From the human T2T-CHM13v2.0 reference genome, Homo sapiens: 64,000 nt of DNA. The position numbers and the translations under genes are program-made. The notes under the pieces are model-generated. The model ran no database searches. It was not told where the DNA came from and saw only the letters and a program-made list of their open reading frames with translations. Numbering within the stretch: position 1 is the stretch's first letter; each line of letters opens with the position of its first letter. The stretch lies in the NCBI RefSeq assembly GCF_009914755.1, contig NC_060928.1. One strand, 5' to 3'. Shown piece by piece: positions 26,487 through 41,471 of the stretch.

Positions 26487-28275
26487 CCACCACCATCACC
26501 ACCACCACTACCACCATCACCACAACTGCCACCATTACCCCCACCACCACTACTGTCACCACTGCCATCACCACCATCAGCATCACCACCACCATTACCA
26601 CCACCACCAACATACCACTACCTCCACCATAACCACTACCACCACCACCATCACCACCACCATACCACTACCACCATCACCACCACCACCATCACCACCA
26701 CCACCACCATCACCACCACCACCACCAGCATCACCACCATCACCACCACCACCACCATCACCACCATCACCACCACCATCACCACCACCACCACCACCAT
26801 CACCATTACCACCATCACCACCCCCACCACCACCATCACCATCACCACCACCACCATCACCACTACCACCACCAGCATCACCATCACCACCACCTTCACC
26901 ACCACCATCACCATCACCAACATCACCACCCCCCCCACCACCATCAACACCATCACCACCACCATCACTACCATCACCACCATCACCAACACCACCATCA
27001 CCATTACCACCATCACCACCCCCACCACCACCATCACCACCATGTCACTATCACTACCACCACCACCACCACTACCATCACCACCATCACCACCACCACC
27101 ACCACCACCATCACCATCACCACCATATCACTACCACCACCACCACCACTACCATCACCACCATCACCACCCCCACCACCACCATCAACACCATCACCAC
27201 CACCATCACTACCATCACCACCATCACCAACACCACCATCACCATTACCACCATCACCACCCCCACCACCACCATCACCACCATGTCACTATCACTACCA
27301 CCACCACCACCACTACCATCACCACCATCACCACCACCACCACCACCACCACCATCACCATCACCACCATATCACTACCACCACCACCACCACTACCATC
27401 ACCACCATCACCACCCCCACCACCACCATCAACACCATCACCACCACCATCACTACCATCACCACCATCACCAACACCACCATCACCATTACCACCATCA
27501 CCACCCCCACCACCACCATCACCACCATGTCACTATCACTACCACCACCACCACCACCACTACCATCACCACCATCACCACCACCACCACCACCACCACC
27601 ATCACCATCACCACCATATCACTACCACCACCACCACCACTACCATCACCACCATCACCACCCCCACCACCACCATCAACACCATCACCACCACCATCAC
27701 CACCACCACCATCACCATCACCACCATATCACTATCACTACCACCACCACCACCACCACTACCATCACCACCATCACCACCACCACCACCACCACCACCA
27801 TCACCATCACCACCATATCACTACCACCATCAGCACCACTACCATCACCACCATCACCACCACCACCACCATCACCATCACCACCATACCACTACCACCA
27901 TGACCACCACCACCATCACCACCACCACCATCACCACCACCACCACCACTACCATATCACTACCACCACCACCACCACCACCATCACCACCACCACCACC
28001 ATCACCATCACCACCATACCACTACCACCATGACCACCACCACCACCACCACCATCACCACCACCACCACCACTACCATATCACTACCACCACCACCACC
28101 ACCACCATCACCACCACCATCACCACCACCATCACCACCACCACCACCACTACCATATCACTACCACCACCATCACCACCCCACCACCACCACCAGCATC
28201 ACTACCACCACCACCCCCACCACCAATAGCATCACCACTGCCATCACCACCACTGCCTCAATCACCACCACCATC
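26487..28275 (+). repeat. 1.8 kb (CAC/CAT)n low-complexity tandem repeat with higher-order VNTR structure
   Basis: Plus strand nearly G-free; rare markers recur with periods of 241, 244 and 247 bp, and of 130 bp. Confidence 0.97.
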
Positions 28276-28309
28276 AAAATCACTTTCTTTCTGTATTTCT
28301 CTGCTCCTC

Positions 28310-29055
28310 TTTTACTTTTTATTGTAAAATAAAACATATAGAAACCTTCCAAAATAAAAGTAGAACTTAATGAGTCATAATAAGGTGAACGCCCATGTAA
28401 CCAAAAGAACCAGTCACCCCAGAACGCTCCATTGTGCTGTTCCAGCCTCAACTCCCTCCCTTCCCCAAAAAGGAACCACTGTCCTTTTACTGTAGTGACT
28501 TTCCTGTTTCTTTTTGGTTTTAGGACCCAAATGTGCCTGACTAGACACTTTAGTTTAGTCTGTACCTCCCCCAATTTTTCTACCTTATGTCTTTTAAGTT
28601 TATTATAATGTATAGGCTTCTCTCCATTCCTTGCAGTTTGCCTGCTGAAGAAGCTGGGGTATTTGATGTGTAGAACATCTCAGAGTCTGGCTCTGAGGTG
28701 ACTGCAGGCTCATGGTGCAATTCAACATGTTCCTCTGTCTGTCTTTCCTGCCAGCTTGGAAGCTGGGGCCAGAGGCTGCGTCAGACTCCTCTTCTATCCC
28801 TAGACTCGTGTTGTCTCTTTGGCAAGATTCTAGGTAGTGCTGTGTCCTTTCATTAGCTCAGTGGCTAGATTTATGTGGTCTGCAAAATGACGATATTCTA
28901 ATGTCACCATTTATTTTGCATCCTTTAGTTAAAATACTTTTAGTAAGCATTTCTGCCCTTCATGCTGTATTTGATTTCTCCGCGGTACAGTTCACATAGG
29001 AAAAAAAACTTGATTTTCTTTGCTTTAATTACCCAGTTTTCAAGAAAGTGAATGT
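28310..29055 (-). mobile_element. Old L1M (MC/ME-like) 3' fragments
   Basis: tttattgtaaaataaaacata...aaccactgtcc and ctgaagaagctggggtatttgatgtgtagaa blocks. Confidence 0.5.
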
Positions 29056-29060
29056 GTTCC

Positions 29061-29875
<815 letters not shown>

Positions 29876-30447
29876 GTTCCTCATCGCCCTCTAAAGGTGA
29901 CCAATGAGATTTATTTATATCCTTGTAAACTCATGAATTTAAAAAATATTTCATGATTTCAATCAATGGATTCATTATGCTTCTTGACACTCAAATTGTC
30001 CCTTATTTGACCAATGGCACCTCTTCATACTGGATTCTGAGTCCTTTTGACATAGCTCTATGAATACACAAAAAACCATTGAATTATACACTTTAAGTAG
30101 GTGAACTGTATGCTATGTAAATTTTTTTTTTATCAAAAAGCTCTTATTTAAGGGAAGACAATTACAAAAGACAAAATAACACAAATCAGAATTAGACAAA
30201 TTCAAAACTGCGGTGATAGAACTCAGAAAAAATTAGAAATTAGCAGTCACTACCTATGTCTTTCCCCGCTCTCAAGGCAACCACTAATCCACTTTCTGTC
30301 TTTATAGATTTGTCTATTCAGACATTTCATATACATAAAACCATACAATATGTGGTCTTTTGTGTCTGGCTTTTTAGCACAATGTTTTCAAGGTTCATCC
30401 ATGTTATGGCATGTAACAATACTTTATTACCTTTTATGGCTAAATAA

Positions 30448-30953
<506 letters not shown>

Positions 30954-31107
30954 TAACCTTGTGGGGCACTGCCAAGCTGTTTTCCAGAGTTTCTGAACCA
31001 TTTTAAATTCCCACCAGCAGTGTATGAAGGTTTCTATTTCTCCACATTCTTGTGAACACTTGTTATTACCTGTCTTTTATAGCCATTCTACTGAGTGTTC
31101 AATTGGG

Positions 31108-31429
31108 TTTTTTTTTGTTTTTTTTGTTTTGTTTTGTTTTTTTTGAGACAGAGTCTCGCTCTGTCACCCAGGCTGGAGTGCAGTGCAGTGGCACGATCTC
31201 GGCTCACTACAGCCTCCACCTCCTGCGTTCAAGCGATTCTCCTGCCTCAGCCTCCTGAGTAGCTGGGACTACAGGCATGCACCACCACATCTTGCTAATT
31301 TTTGTATTTTTAGTAGAGATGGGGTTTCACCATGTTGACCAAGATGGTCTCAATCTCCTGACCTCATGATCCACCCGCCTCGGCCTCCCAATGTGCTGGG
31401 ATTACAGGCGTGAGCCACAGCGCCTGGCC
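31108..31429 (-). mobile_element. AluS (Sc-like)
   Basis: Antisense dimer, gatggtctcaatctcctgacctcatgatcc. Confidence 0.93.
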
Positions 31430-31812
31430 TACTCAAGTGGTTTTTCATTGTGGTTTTGACATGCATTTCCCTGGTGGCTAATGATGGTGAATATATTTTT
31501 ATGTGCTTATTGGCCATTTGTATGTTTTCTTTGGAGCAATGTCTGTCCAGTCATATCATTTTCTTAATGTCTCTTAGCTCATTTTCAAAGAGAAAGTTAT
31601 AGTTGCGATCTTTTCTGTGGACTTTTTTTTCCTGGTGTGCTTACAATGTCTATAGTATTGTTATTCTGCGTTTATTCTTTTTTTTAAGACTTTTCTATGG
31701 AATTTGGTTTTATTTTCCTATTATTCATTTATAAGCAAAATCAATTGCCCTTAAGTTTAGAAGGAGGCAGCGTGAATTTTCTGTCTTTACAGAGCACCCT
31801 CTGGTTTTTCAA

Positions 31813-31813
31813 T

Positions 31814-31860
<47 letters not shown>
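31813..31860 (+). repeat. (TG)n microsatellite, about 20 uninterrupted units
   Basis: Seen directly. Confidence 0.97.
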
Positions 31861-31863
<3 letters not shown>

Positions 31864-32594
31864 CTTGCTTTCTGAGATTTCCTGACGCTGGTCCCCTCTA
31901 CCACTTTTATCTGGACCTTGTCTTTTCCTGTCTGAGCAGTCCACATCCTGATCTGTTTTGACTGTGCTCCCACAATTTGTCCTCAGTGTGGAGTTCTGTG
32001 CCCAAAGGGTGCCCTGGCTGGACTGGTTAGAGAGCTCATCGGGGTTAGGCAGCTCTGGCCTCCTCTGAGCTACCAGGGACTTCTCACGTGCACCCACCAT
32101 GAGCCTGGGCGAGGCCCTTCTGGTTTCAGCTGCTCTTCTCAAATGGCTCCATCTTGCTTTCCAGGGAACACCTGATGACTGCCTCGGGGGTCTCCTGTGC
32201 TGATGCCCCACTGCCTCCCTCACCTTTCTTCTGCACCGATACTGATTACCATGCAGGCCTTGTAGGTGTTGGTGGTTTGCTCTTTGTTGCTTATAGTTTG
32301 GGAGTTGTGGGGACAGCCTAACTTCCAGTTTCATTATAAAGGTCTGTGGGTTTTTGGTTTTGCTACTTGGTTGCTCTTCTGGTTTTATGGGGGAATTGGT
32401 GTGATTAAAGGACTATGCTGTCACCACGGCTGCCTTTCCAGAATCCTTCTCAGACCACTTCCTTGACAATGAAAATTCAATTTGCCTTTCATTTTGCTAT
32501 TTGCTTTGAACCTGATCTATTTGAATCATGCAGATTCAGGCCGGGGTTATTAATCATATCAAGGATAATTAGTTACCTCAAAAAGAGTATGTTC

Positions 32595-32913
<319 letters not shown>

Positions 32914-33261
32914 TAGATCTGAACGCTATGGGAGCTCTGGGTACTTTGAAATCTCATTAGGCAATCAGCAATCCTCAAGGCCTGTGACTCAGCAGGTCCA
33001 CCCAAGGCCTGAGCCACTCCACGTCAAGCTGTGGCTCTTTTCGCCCCGTGCCTTTGCGTGTCTACCCAGCGTCTTGCTGCTAGATTCTTTCTTACTGAGA
33101 AGTTACTACAGGAATGCTTCTTGCAAATGTCAGGCTCTCCCCTCTAATCCCATGTGCTAAATGTCAAGGCTCCCATGGACTCTGGACTCTGTACAAACAG
33201 CCCCTTGAACAGCAAAAATTCCAGGCTAGACTCATCTTGTCTGATTACACTGTACTTGTAA

Positions 33262-33400
33262 TCACTCATTCAACAGGCACTTATCAAGTGCCTACTGTGT
33301 ACCAGACACTGTGCCGCACACTAAGAACACAGACCTACTGTGTGCAGACACTATGCCACACACTAGGAACATAAAGATAAATATGACCCTTTCTCTCTCC
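33262..33400 (-). mobile_element. L2 3' end with an internal diverged ~43 bp duplication
   Basis: cactcattcaac...gtgcctactgtgtaccagacactgtgc; second copy at 33334. Confidence 0.65.
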
Positions 33401-33643
33401 TCCAGGAAAAGGGGAGATTGGTGCACAAATATTAATTGTGGTGCAGGGAAATCATGGCTAGAATAGAAATACAGATTATATGATATGCTGTGAGGGCAGA
33501 TGCAAAGAAAAGCACAACTGTCAACTGTAATTCCTATATCAGAAAATAAAACTGCATGTGTTCTGTGATCCAACATACAAAACGTATGTATTTGGCAAAG
33601 GTGGGGATGGAATACACCATTATGAATATAATTTTTACTTAAT

Positions 33644-34362
<719 letters not shown>

Positions 34363-35586
34363 TGTAGTTACTTTTTAATAATAATTTTGTTTTATGTGTA
34401 AGTACATGGATATATACTTGCATACATAGACACACAGCTATTTTCTTGATGTGCTTTCACATGATTGATAAAGCAAAGCTCCTGGCCCTGTGGTAGACAC
34501 TTGTGAGGGTTTTCATGCTCTTTCCCTCGCCATATGTACTAGTTGGAAAATACTGTGGGATTTCACATGTGTCACCCTCATTATGATTTTCAAAAGTGAA
34601 AAGTAGAAAAAGCTGACTAGGACAATGATTGCGGTGTAAATCCCAGATAGAATGGTTTCGAAGCAGATACTCCAGAAGGGAGATGCCAAGTGAGTGTTTC
34701 CATAATTGTAATGAGACTTTCTGCAGGCAGGGCAGCATCTTTGCTGATAGAGAGGCACTGGGGAAATGGCCCTACGCGTGAAGAGCTGCAGCTGAGAATA
34801 CTCTGGCACTTCACGGTGGGCGCTGACTAGCTGATGTCATTCCCCTGAAAAGTCCACAGGCCCTGCTGGCTACACCTGGCTGGGAGGAGCATGGGGATTT
34901 TAACAGAGGTGGAAGTAAAGTTGCGTTTTGGAGAAAATGACCCACTTGCATTTTTCATGCAGACAGAATAGGAGAGTCTGAGCTGTGAAAGAAAGGGAGA
35001 GACATTAGATTACTCATGGGAGATTGTCAGCCAGGTGCCAGAAGATACATCTGCGGTGGCCATTAAAGTACCATGAGGAATCGGTTCCCTGGAACCCAAC
35101 TCCTTCTGCATCCAGTGCCTGGTCCCATGTCAGCTACGGTGGGACAGATAACCTTACATCTGAGCAGTGTCAGGAACTGCAGAATAACAAAAGCAGGTAA
35201 CGCCCCTCTCTATTGAGTTGGACCATATCTGAAAACCATAAATGAAGGTCTGGAAGTTTCAGGAGTCACACTCTCCAAGTACTGCCTCTCCTGGCATGCT
35301 TCTCACTCCTCCCCCAGGCCGAGGATGCAGAATTGCAGATGACTCACAATCTTCAGGAGACTGCTAGACGGAGGGCGGTGTTAACTTGGCATCGAACTTG
35401 CCAAATTACAGTGAAAGAATTGCTGTGCGTCTGATCAATGGAATCTTTCCAAATTAAATTGTATTTAATATGTCTTAGGGGAGCTCTCTATTTTTTTTTA
35501 ATGTTTCAATATGAGAAAGAGGGAAGGGAAGTTCTCAAGAGGATGGATCCCCCCATTACTTTATTGCGCTTTCTAAAAGAGGTGGG

Positions 35587-35590
<4 letters not shown>

Positions 35591-35627
<37 letters not shown>
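35591..35627 (+). repeat. (TTA)n microsatellite
   Basis: About 12 units seen directly. Confidence 0.95.
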
Positions 35628-35630
<3 letters not shown>

Positions 35631-35753
35631 TGGCAGCGATAGATGCATGGCAGGTGTTTAACACCAAGGATCCTTCAGTCTGAGTTACTGAGAAGGAGCA
35701 CTGTAGGAGAAAGGGCAGAGGATGCTGTGTGGGAGGATGAAAAATAAAAGCAT

Positions 35754-36042
35754 GGCTGGGTACAGTGGCTCACACCTGTAATCCCAGCATTTTAACTGGC
35801 AGAGGTGGGAGGATCACTTGAGGCCCGAACTGGAGCCCCGCCTGGGCAACACAGCAAGACCCCATCTCTGCAAAACTGAAAAAAAAAATGGGCATGGTGG
35901 TGGGGACTTGTATTCCCAGCTACTTGGGAGGCCAAGGAAGGAGGATCCCTTGAGCACAGGAGTTCAAGGCTGCAGTGAGCTATGATTCTGCCACTGTACT
36001 CCAGCCTGGGTGACAGAGCAAGACCCTGTCACTCCAAAAAAG
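35754..36042 (+). mobile_element. AluJ, diverged
   Basis: Sense dimer. Confidence 0.9.
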
Positions 36043-37523
36043 GAGAGCGAGGCCAGAAATTACCAGAATTAGCAGCTGTTTCTCAAGCTGAAGCAGCCCA
36101 AGAGGCTCCCGAGGGAGAAATCTGCTTCTCAGGTTCCAGGGGTCGGGCACTGGATTCCACCAGCCCTGAACAACCCCGATCCAGTGTGAGCCTAGAATCA
36201 CTGACCACACACATCAGGGGGTCTGGCATTCCTGGGAGACAGCTCAGGCTGGCATTGGTTGAAAAGGAGAAAGCACCCAAGGACCTCATTGGCATCAGCA
36301 TCTTCATCCTCCTCACAACTGCTGTTTGGGTTTTATTTTATTTCCTGCCTTGGTCATACACAGTCCTTATCTGAATGGGGACACCCACCCCTGGCCTGTG
36401 GGTTCTGGTTGGTGGCTGGCGGCTTATCTAAAATGACAGAAGCCTTCTATGCCTTAGAGAGTTAAGTGCCCTTTTTCTTCTTTTAAACAAAAGCCATTGG
36501 TAGTAGAAATGTTCATTTCTGTCTTAATCGCTGCAGGGCATAACAATTACTGAATTGTGATCATGGCTTTGACAATGCAATGTTAAATTTGCCTCAAAAT
36601 ATCTTGAGTGAACTATATGAAAGTGTGTTGCACTTAAAATTGGATAAAATAAAAATAAAATCTGATAAATGAAAATCTGAATAAACAAAATGGAAAGATT
36701 TATGGTACGATTGTCTTCAGTACTTAATGTTTCTGTTTTTTTAAAAAGGATGCATCAATAACCTCATATACAGCAGGTTCCACTGTGCTTTTATATAACA
36801 GAAAGCATGAGGGGCTCTGATATTAGGCCGCCTGCAATGGCTTTGCCATTTATTGTCCCCTGGGATCTGGAGTAAGCTAAATTATCGCTTTGTGCCACAA
36901 CTTCCTCATCTGTGCCACCAGCCTGCCACATAGGGCTGGGATGATTACGTAACCTACAACATGAAAAACAATTAGCCCAGTGCCTGGTACAGAATAACAC
37001 TCAGTAATGTTAGCTGTTATTATCATGTTTTAATAACTAATTTTCTCCCCACTCCTTCGTAATATAACATAGAGTCATACCTGTGGCACTTTAATACACT
37101 GCCCATTTTGAGTCAATTTCTGAATTTTACAAACCAGCCAATGCTAATATAGGCAATGTGAACAGAGAACATTGTTATGCTCGCTGAAATCAAGGAAGAA
37201 ACTAGACACTATAAAACATCAGAAAGGGGTCCCTGGCTCCACCCCCAGAAGATTCCATACCCCGGGGCCTCTCCTGTACCATGTGTTGGAGAAAACACTT
37301 TGTTTCTAGTACCTGCAGGAAAGGAGATTTTATGCCCAGTACCTGCCTTAGAAACGCCAGTGCTGCCAAAAGCTCTACATATGCATGCACTGTGCCTTCT
37401 CAGGCCAGTGAATTCTATGCATGCCTTGATTTATATTGTGTCTAAAATTGCAGACACTGGCACCAAAGCTTCACCAGGCCAAGAGGAGCAGGGACCACTG
37501 CTCTGTTTTGACGGCAAATACCT

Positions 37524-38062
37524 TGTGATGGTTAATATTGAGTGTCAACATGATCGGATTGAAGGATGCAAAGTATTGATCCTGGGTGTGTCTGTGAGGG
37601 TGTTGCTAAAGGAGATTAACATTAGAGTCAGTGGACTGGGAGAGGCAGACCCACCCTCAATGTGGATGGGCTCCATCTAATCAGCCGTCAGCGTGTCTAG
37701 GATAAAAGCAGGGAGAAAAACATGGAAGGGATAGACAGGCTGAGTCTTCCAGACTTCATATTTCTCCCGTGCTGGATGCTTCCTGCCCTCGAACATCAGG
37801 CTCCAAGTTCTTTTGGACTCTTGAACTTACACCAGTGGTTTGCCAGGGGCTATTGGGCCTTTGGCCACAGACTGAAGGCTGCACTGTCAGCCTTCCTACT
37901 TTTGAGGTTTTGGGACTCAGACTGGCTTCCTTGCTCCTCAGCTTGCAGATGGCCTATTGTGGGACCTTGTGATTGTGTGAGTCAATACTCCTTAATAAAC
38001 TCCCTTTTATATATACATCTATCCTATTAATTCTGTCCCTCTAGAGAACCCTGACTAATACA
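37524..38062 (+). mobile_element. HERVL solo LTR MLT2A (length fits MLT2A2)
   Basis: tgtgatggttaatattgagtgtcaac...gaaggatgcaaagtattgatcctgggtgtgtctgtgagggtgttg...ctagagaaccctgactaataca; 539 bp. Confidence 0.9.
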
Positions 38063-38269
38063 GGCCCCCTCCCCCCATGCCCACCCACCTGACCCCTCTT
38101 GTCCAGTCCAGACTGGCCTCAGCTTGTAGAAGTGTGAATGAGGCTGAAGTGGGGGATGGAATGGGTGGGGAACATTTGGTACAAGCCTCTAGAATGTTTC
38201 AGTGTGGCCATAAAGTCACAGTACCTAAGTATAAGTCAGTGAAAAGTTTGGATAAGCACGTTTTTATCA

Positions 38270-38395
38270 CAGTTTTTAATGGTGGTAAAATATACATAAA
38301 ACTTACCATCTTCACCATTCTTAAGCATACGGTTGCATGGCACTAAATACGTTCACATTGTTGTGCAACCATCATCACCATCCATCTCCAGAAAG
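38270..38395 (-). mobile_element. L1MB 3'-end fragment
   Basis: ggtaaaatatacataaaacttaccatc...ttcacattgttgtgcaaccatcatcaccatccatctccagaa. Confidence 0.75.
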
Positions 38396-38737
38396 ACATG
38401 TTTTTGTTGGGGTTGTTGGAGACAGGGAATAGAGGATGACAAAATGTCATAAAACCACATAATGAATGTTCATATGACCAGGAAAGATTGAGGTTTAACA
38501 GGAATTCAGGGGAAGGCCCTGCTCAGCAGAAAGAAGCTACCATGGAGTTCTGAGCAACAGTGAGACTGTGACCTCAGTCCCCCGGGATGCGGCAGCCCTT
38601 ACCAGGCCGCTGCTGCCTGCACTCCCCATTAAAGCTGTGGCTACTTTGGGCAAAATGAAGGGAACAAAAAGTTGGGTTTTTGCTTCTGGTCCTTTGCCAC
38701 ACTCCTTGTCTCTTGTCTCTTCCCCACTTCCCTGACG

Positions 38738-39035
38738 TTCTTTTTCTTTTCTTTTCTTTTCTTTGAGATAGGGTCACCCAGGCTGGAGCACAGTGGTGCA
38801 ATCTCGGCTCACTGCAACCTCTGCCTCCAGGCTCAGATGATCCTCCCAGCTCAGCCTCCTGAGTAGCTGGGACCACAGGTGTATGCCATCACATCCAGCT
38901 AGTTTTTAATTTTTTTTTAAAGACAGGGTTTCCCTATGTTGCCCAGGCTGGTCTCAAACTCCTGGGCTCAAGCCATCCTCCCACCTCAGCCTCCCAAAGT
39001 CCTGGAATTATAGGCACGAACCACTGTGCCTGGCC
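38738..39035 (-). mobile_element. AluJ
   Basis: Antisense dimer. Confidence 0.92.
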
Positions 39036-39209
39036 TCCCTGTTGCTCCTGACTCTAAGGCCATGCTCTCCTCAGCCTTTTATTAGGTGCCACGTGGGGAC
39101 TTAATTCCTGCTTTGATTGGCAATCCTGGTGGCCTTTGGTACGGCAGTGCTTCTCATTCTCAACCTGAAGGCCCAGCTGCCCCCAGCCCACAGTCCTGGC
39201 TTTTCCCTG

Positions 39210-39400
39210 GGTGGTGCAGTATGAGAGCCTAAGCATTAGAACCACACAGCCTGGTTCAAAGAGTGGCCACACCACTGCTCTGTGACCCTGGGCAAGTCCT
39301 CCTGTCTCCCCATCTGTAAAATGGGAATAAGATACCTGCCTACTAGAGTGTGGGGCAGCTCAAAAAAAAAGACATGCATAGAGGAGCTGGGTAGGTGCTT
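39210..39400 (+). mobile_element. MIR
   Basis: cctggttcaaa...tgtgaccctgggcaagt...catctgtaaaatgggaataa core. Confidence 0.75.
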
Positions 39401-39465
39401 GCAAAAATCCCAGTTCCCCTTGCGGAACCAGCCAGCCAGTGACAGACCACACTGCTGTTCAAATA

Positions 39466-39688
39466 CTTTTCTTTCTTTTCCTCTTTCTTTCTTTCTGTTT
39501 TCTTTCTTTCTCTTTCTTTCTCCTTCTTTCCTTCTTTCTCTTTCTTTCTTTCTTTTTCTTTCTTTCTTCTTTTCCTTCCTTCCTTCCCTCCCTCCCTCCC
39601 TCCCTTCATTCCTTCCTTCCTACCTTCCCTCCCTCCCTCCCTCCCTCCTCCCTTCCCTTCCCTTCCCTTTCTTTCTTTTTTTTTTTTG
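39466..39688 (+). repeat. Polypyrimidine (TTTC)n/(TTCC)n/(TCCC)n tract derived from an Alu tail
   Basis: ~220 bp almost free of purines. Confidence 0.95.
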
Positions 39689-39969
39689 CTTTAACAGAGT
39701 CTTGCTCTGTAGTCCACACTGGAGCGCAGTGATACATCTCAGCTCACTGAAACCTCTGCCTCCTGGGTTCAAGTGATTCTTCTGCCTCAGCCTCCAGAGT
39801 AGCTGGGATTACAGGCATGTGCTACCATGCCCGGCTAATATGTATTTTTAGTAGAGACAGGGTTTTGCCATGTTGGCCAGGCTAGTCTCGGAATCCTGAC
39901 CTCAGGTGATCCACCCGCCTTGGCCTCCCAAAGTGCCGGGATTACAGGCATGAACCACCATGCCCAGCC
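39670..39969 (-). mobile_element. AluS
   Basis: Antisense dimer. Confidence 0.92.
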
Positions 39970-40534
39970 TCTTTCTTTCTATTTCAAAAAAAAAATTGTT
40001 GACAATATATTAGACCCATGCTATGTGCTTTTGTGCTTCAAGAATGAGAAGGGGCAACATTTTAAGAGAAAGCATGAGACAAGTGCACAGGGAAAACAAT
40101 GGAGCCCTGTGCACAGGTGTGCAGCCAGCAGCTGCCAGGCAGCCACAGAAATGAAGAGGAGGTGGAAGGGCTCTAGGCTTCTCCAAAGGAGCTGCCTGCT
40201 TTGGTCTGCGAAAGGGAGATTTCCGACTGAGGGTGCCCAAGATTTTAACTGATGGGTGGGAAAGCAAAGTGTGAATCTCCAAACCCACAACTTTCCCACT
40301 TCTGCAAGGAGTTCTCTCCTCCTCTGTGTCAGCCCTGAGAGACAAAGAGTGGCAGGAATTTCAGGGCAGGTGGAGGGTGGTTCATTTACAGAAAAGAGCT
40401 TTCATGATCTCCGGTTGGATTAGGGTAAGGTAGTAATGAATGACTGTTGTTTGGATGAAATACTGGAATGATTTCAACTGTGGTAGACAGGTTTGACTTG
40501 AGAAGAGTATGGAGAACTGGTTAAGAACAGACTT

Positions 40535-40830
40535 GGCCAGCCATGGTGGCTCACGCCTGTAATCCCAGCACTTTGGGAGGCCGAGGCAGGCAGATCACTT
40601 GAGTTCAGGAGTTCAAGACCAGCCTGGGCAACATGGCGAAACCCCGTCTCTACTAAAAACACAAAAATTAGCCGGGTGTGTTGACACACACCTGTAATCC
40701 CCACTACTCAGTGACTGAGGCACGAGAATTGCTTGAACCTGGGATGCGGAGGTTGCAGTGAGCTGAGATGGCGCCACTGCACTCTAGCCTGGGCAACAGA
40801 GGAAGACCTTGTCTCAAAAAATAAATAAAA

Positions 40831-40869
<39 letters not shown>

Positions 40870-40872
40870 AAA
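40535..40872 (+). mobile_element. Alu (S/Jb) with (TAAA)n tail
   Basis: Sense dimer; TAAA repeat ~40820-40872. Confidence 0.94.
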
Positions 40873-40894
40873 TTTTTTAAAAAAATTACAAATG

Positions 40895-41471
40895 AAAGTG
40901 ATTTGCACAAAATACAAAAGGAAATTGAAACCAGGCTGGCCTATAAGAGAAAGGTAGTTTATTGACTTAATGGTAACTAAAACTCTAAAGGTAATAATTT
41001 CAGGTGACATTTGATCCAGCAGCTCAAAGAATGTCACCAACAGCCTGCCTTCTGTCCTCAATCTGCTTTATATGGTGTTGGCTTTATCCACAGATTCCAC
41101 AAGGTGGCCCCAGAGGCTGCTCCAGGATCTCGATTACTGGAAAAAGGCTGTAGCTGCTCCAAAATTCACCATTCGGGTAAAAAGGGTGGTCTCTTTTTCA
41201 GAGCTACTATAAAATAGGTTTATTCTTCCCAAAAGCCCCGGCAAATGTCCTCCTGGCTTGTTGCCTCTGATTTGGTAGTGCCAGTCTCCAAGCCAGTCCA
41301 TTTGGCTTGGGGCCATGGTGGGTGTGCCCATTGGTTTAAGCCAGCCAGAAACCACTCCAGGCACTTGGGGAGGGTTCAGTCCCACTCAAGCCAAATTCAC
41401 TCTTGAAATCTGTGTTCTTGTATCCAGGAGAGAATATAGATGCAGGGTATCAAATAGCCAATGTGTACTAC
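40895..41471 (-). mobile_element. Old MaLR LTR, MLT1J/K/L-like
   Basis: tttattgactt...tttgatccagcagctcaaagaatgtcacc...cattggtttaagcca...actaca end. Confidence 0.55.

Noticed and set aside
26930-27700. Regularly spaced units that could suggest a CRISPR-like array
   Set aside because: Units are whole tandem copies with no unique spacers, there are no cas genes, and the DNA is primate.
26440-28332. Long ORFs of 487, 395, 168 and 100 aa (poly-His/Pro/Thr; extensin-, mucin- or histidine-rich-like)
   Set aside because: CAC/CAT repeats rarely contain stop codons, all three frames are open, the 487 aa ORF starts at a GTG inside a MIR, and there is no splice or promoter context.
31741-32334. 197 aa minus-strand ORF
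   Set aside because: It runs through a (CA)n repeat and a probable decayed L1M/HAL1 5' region, and shows no recognisable homology.
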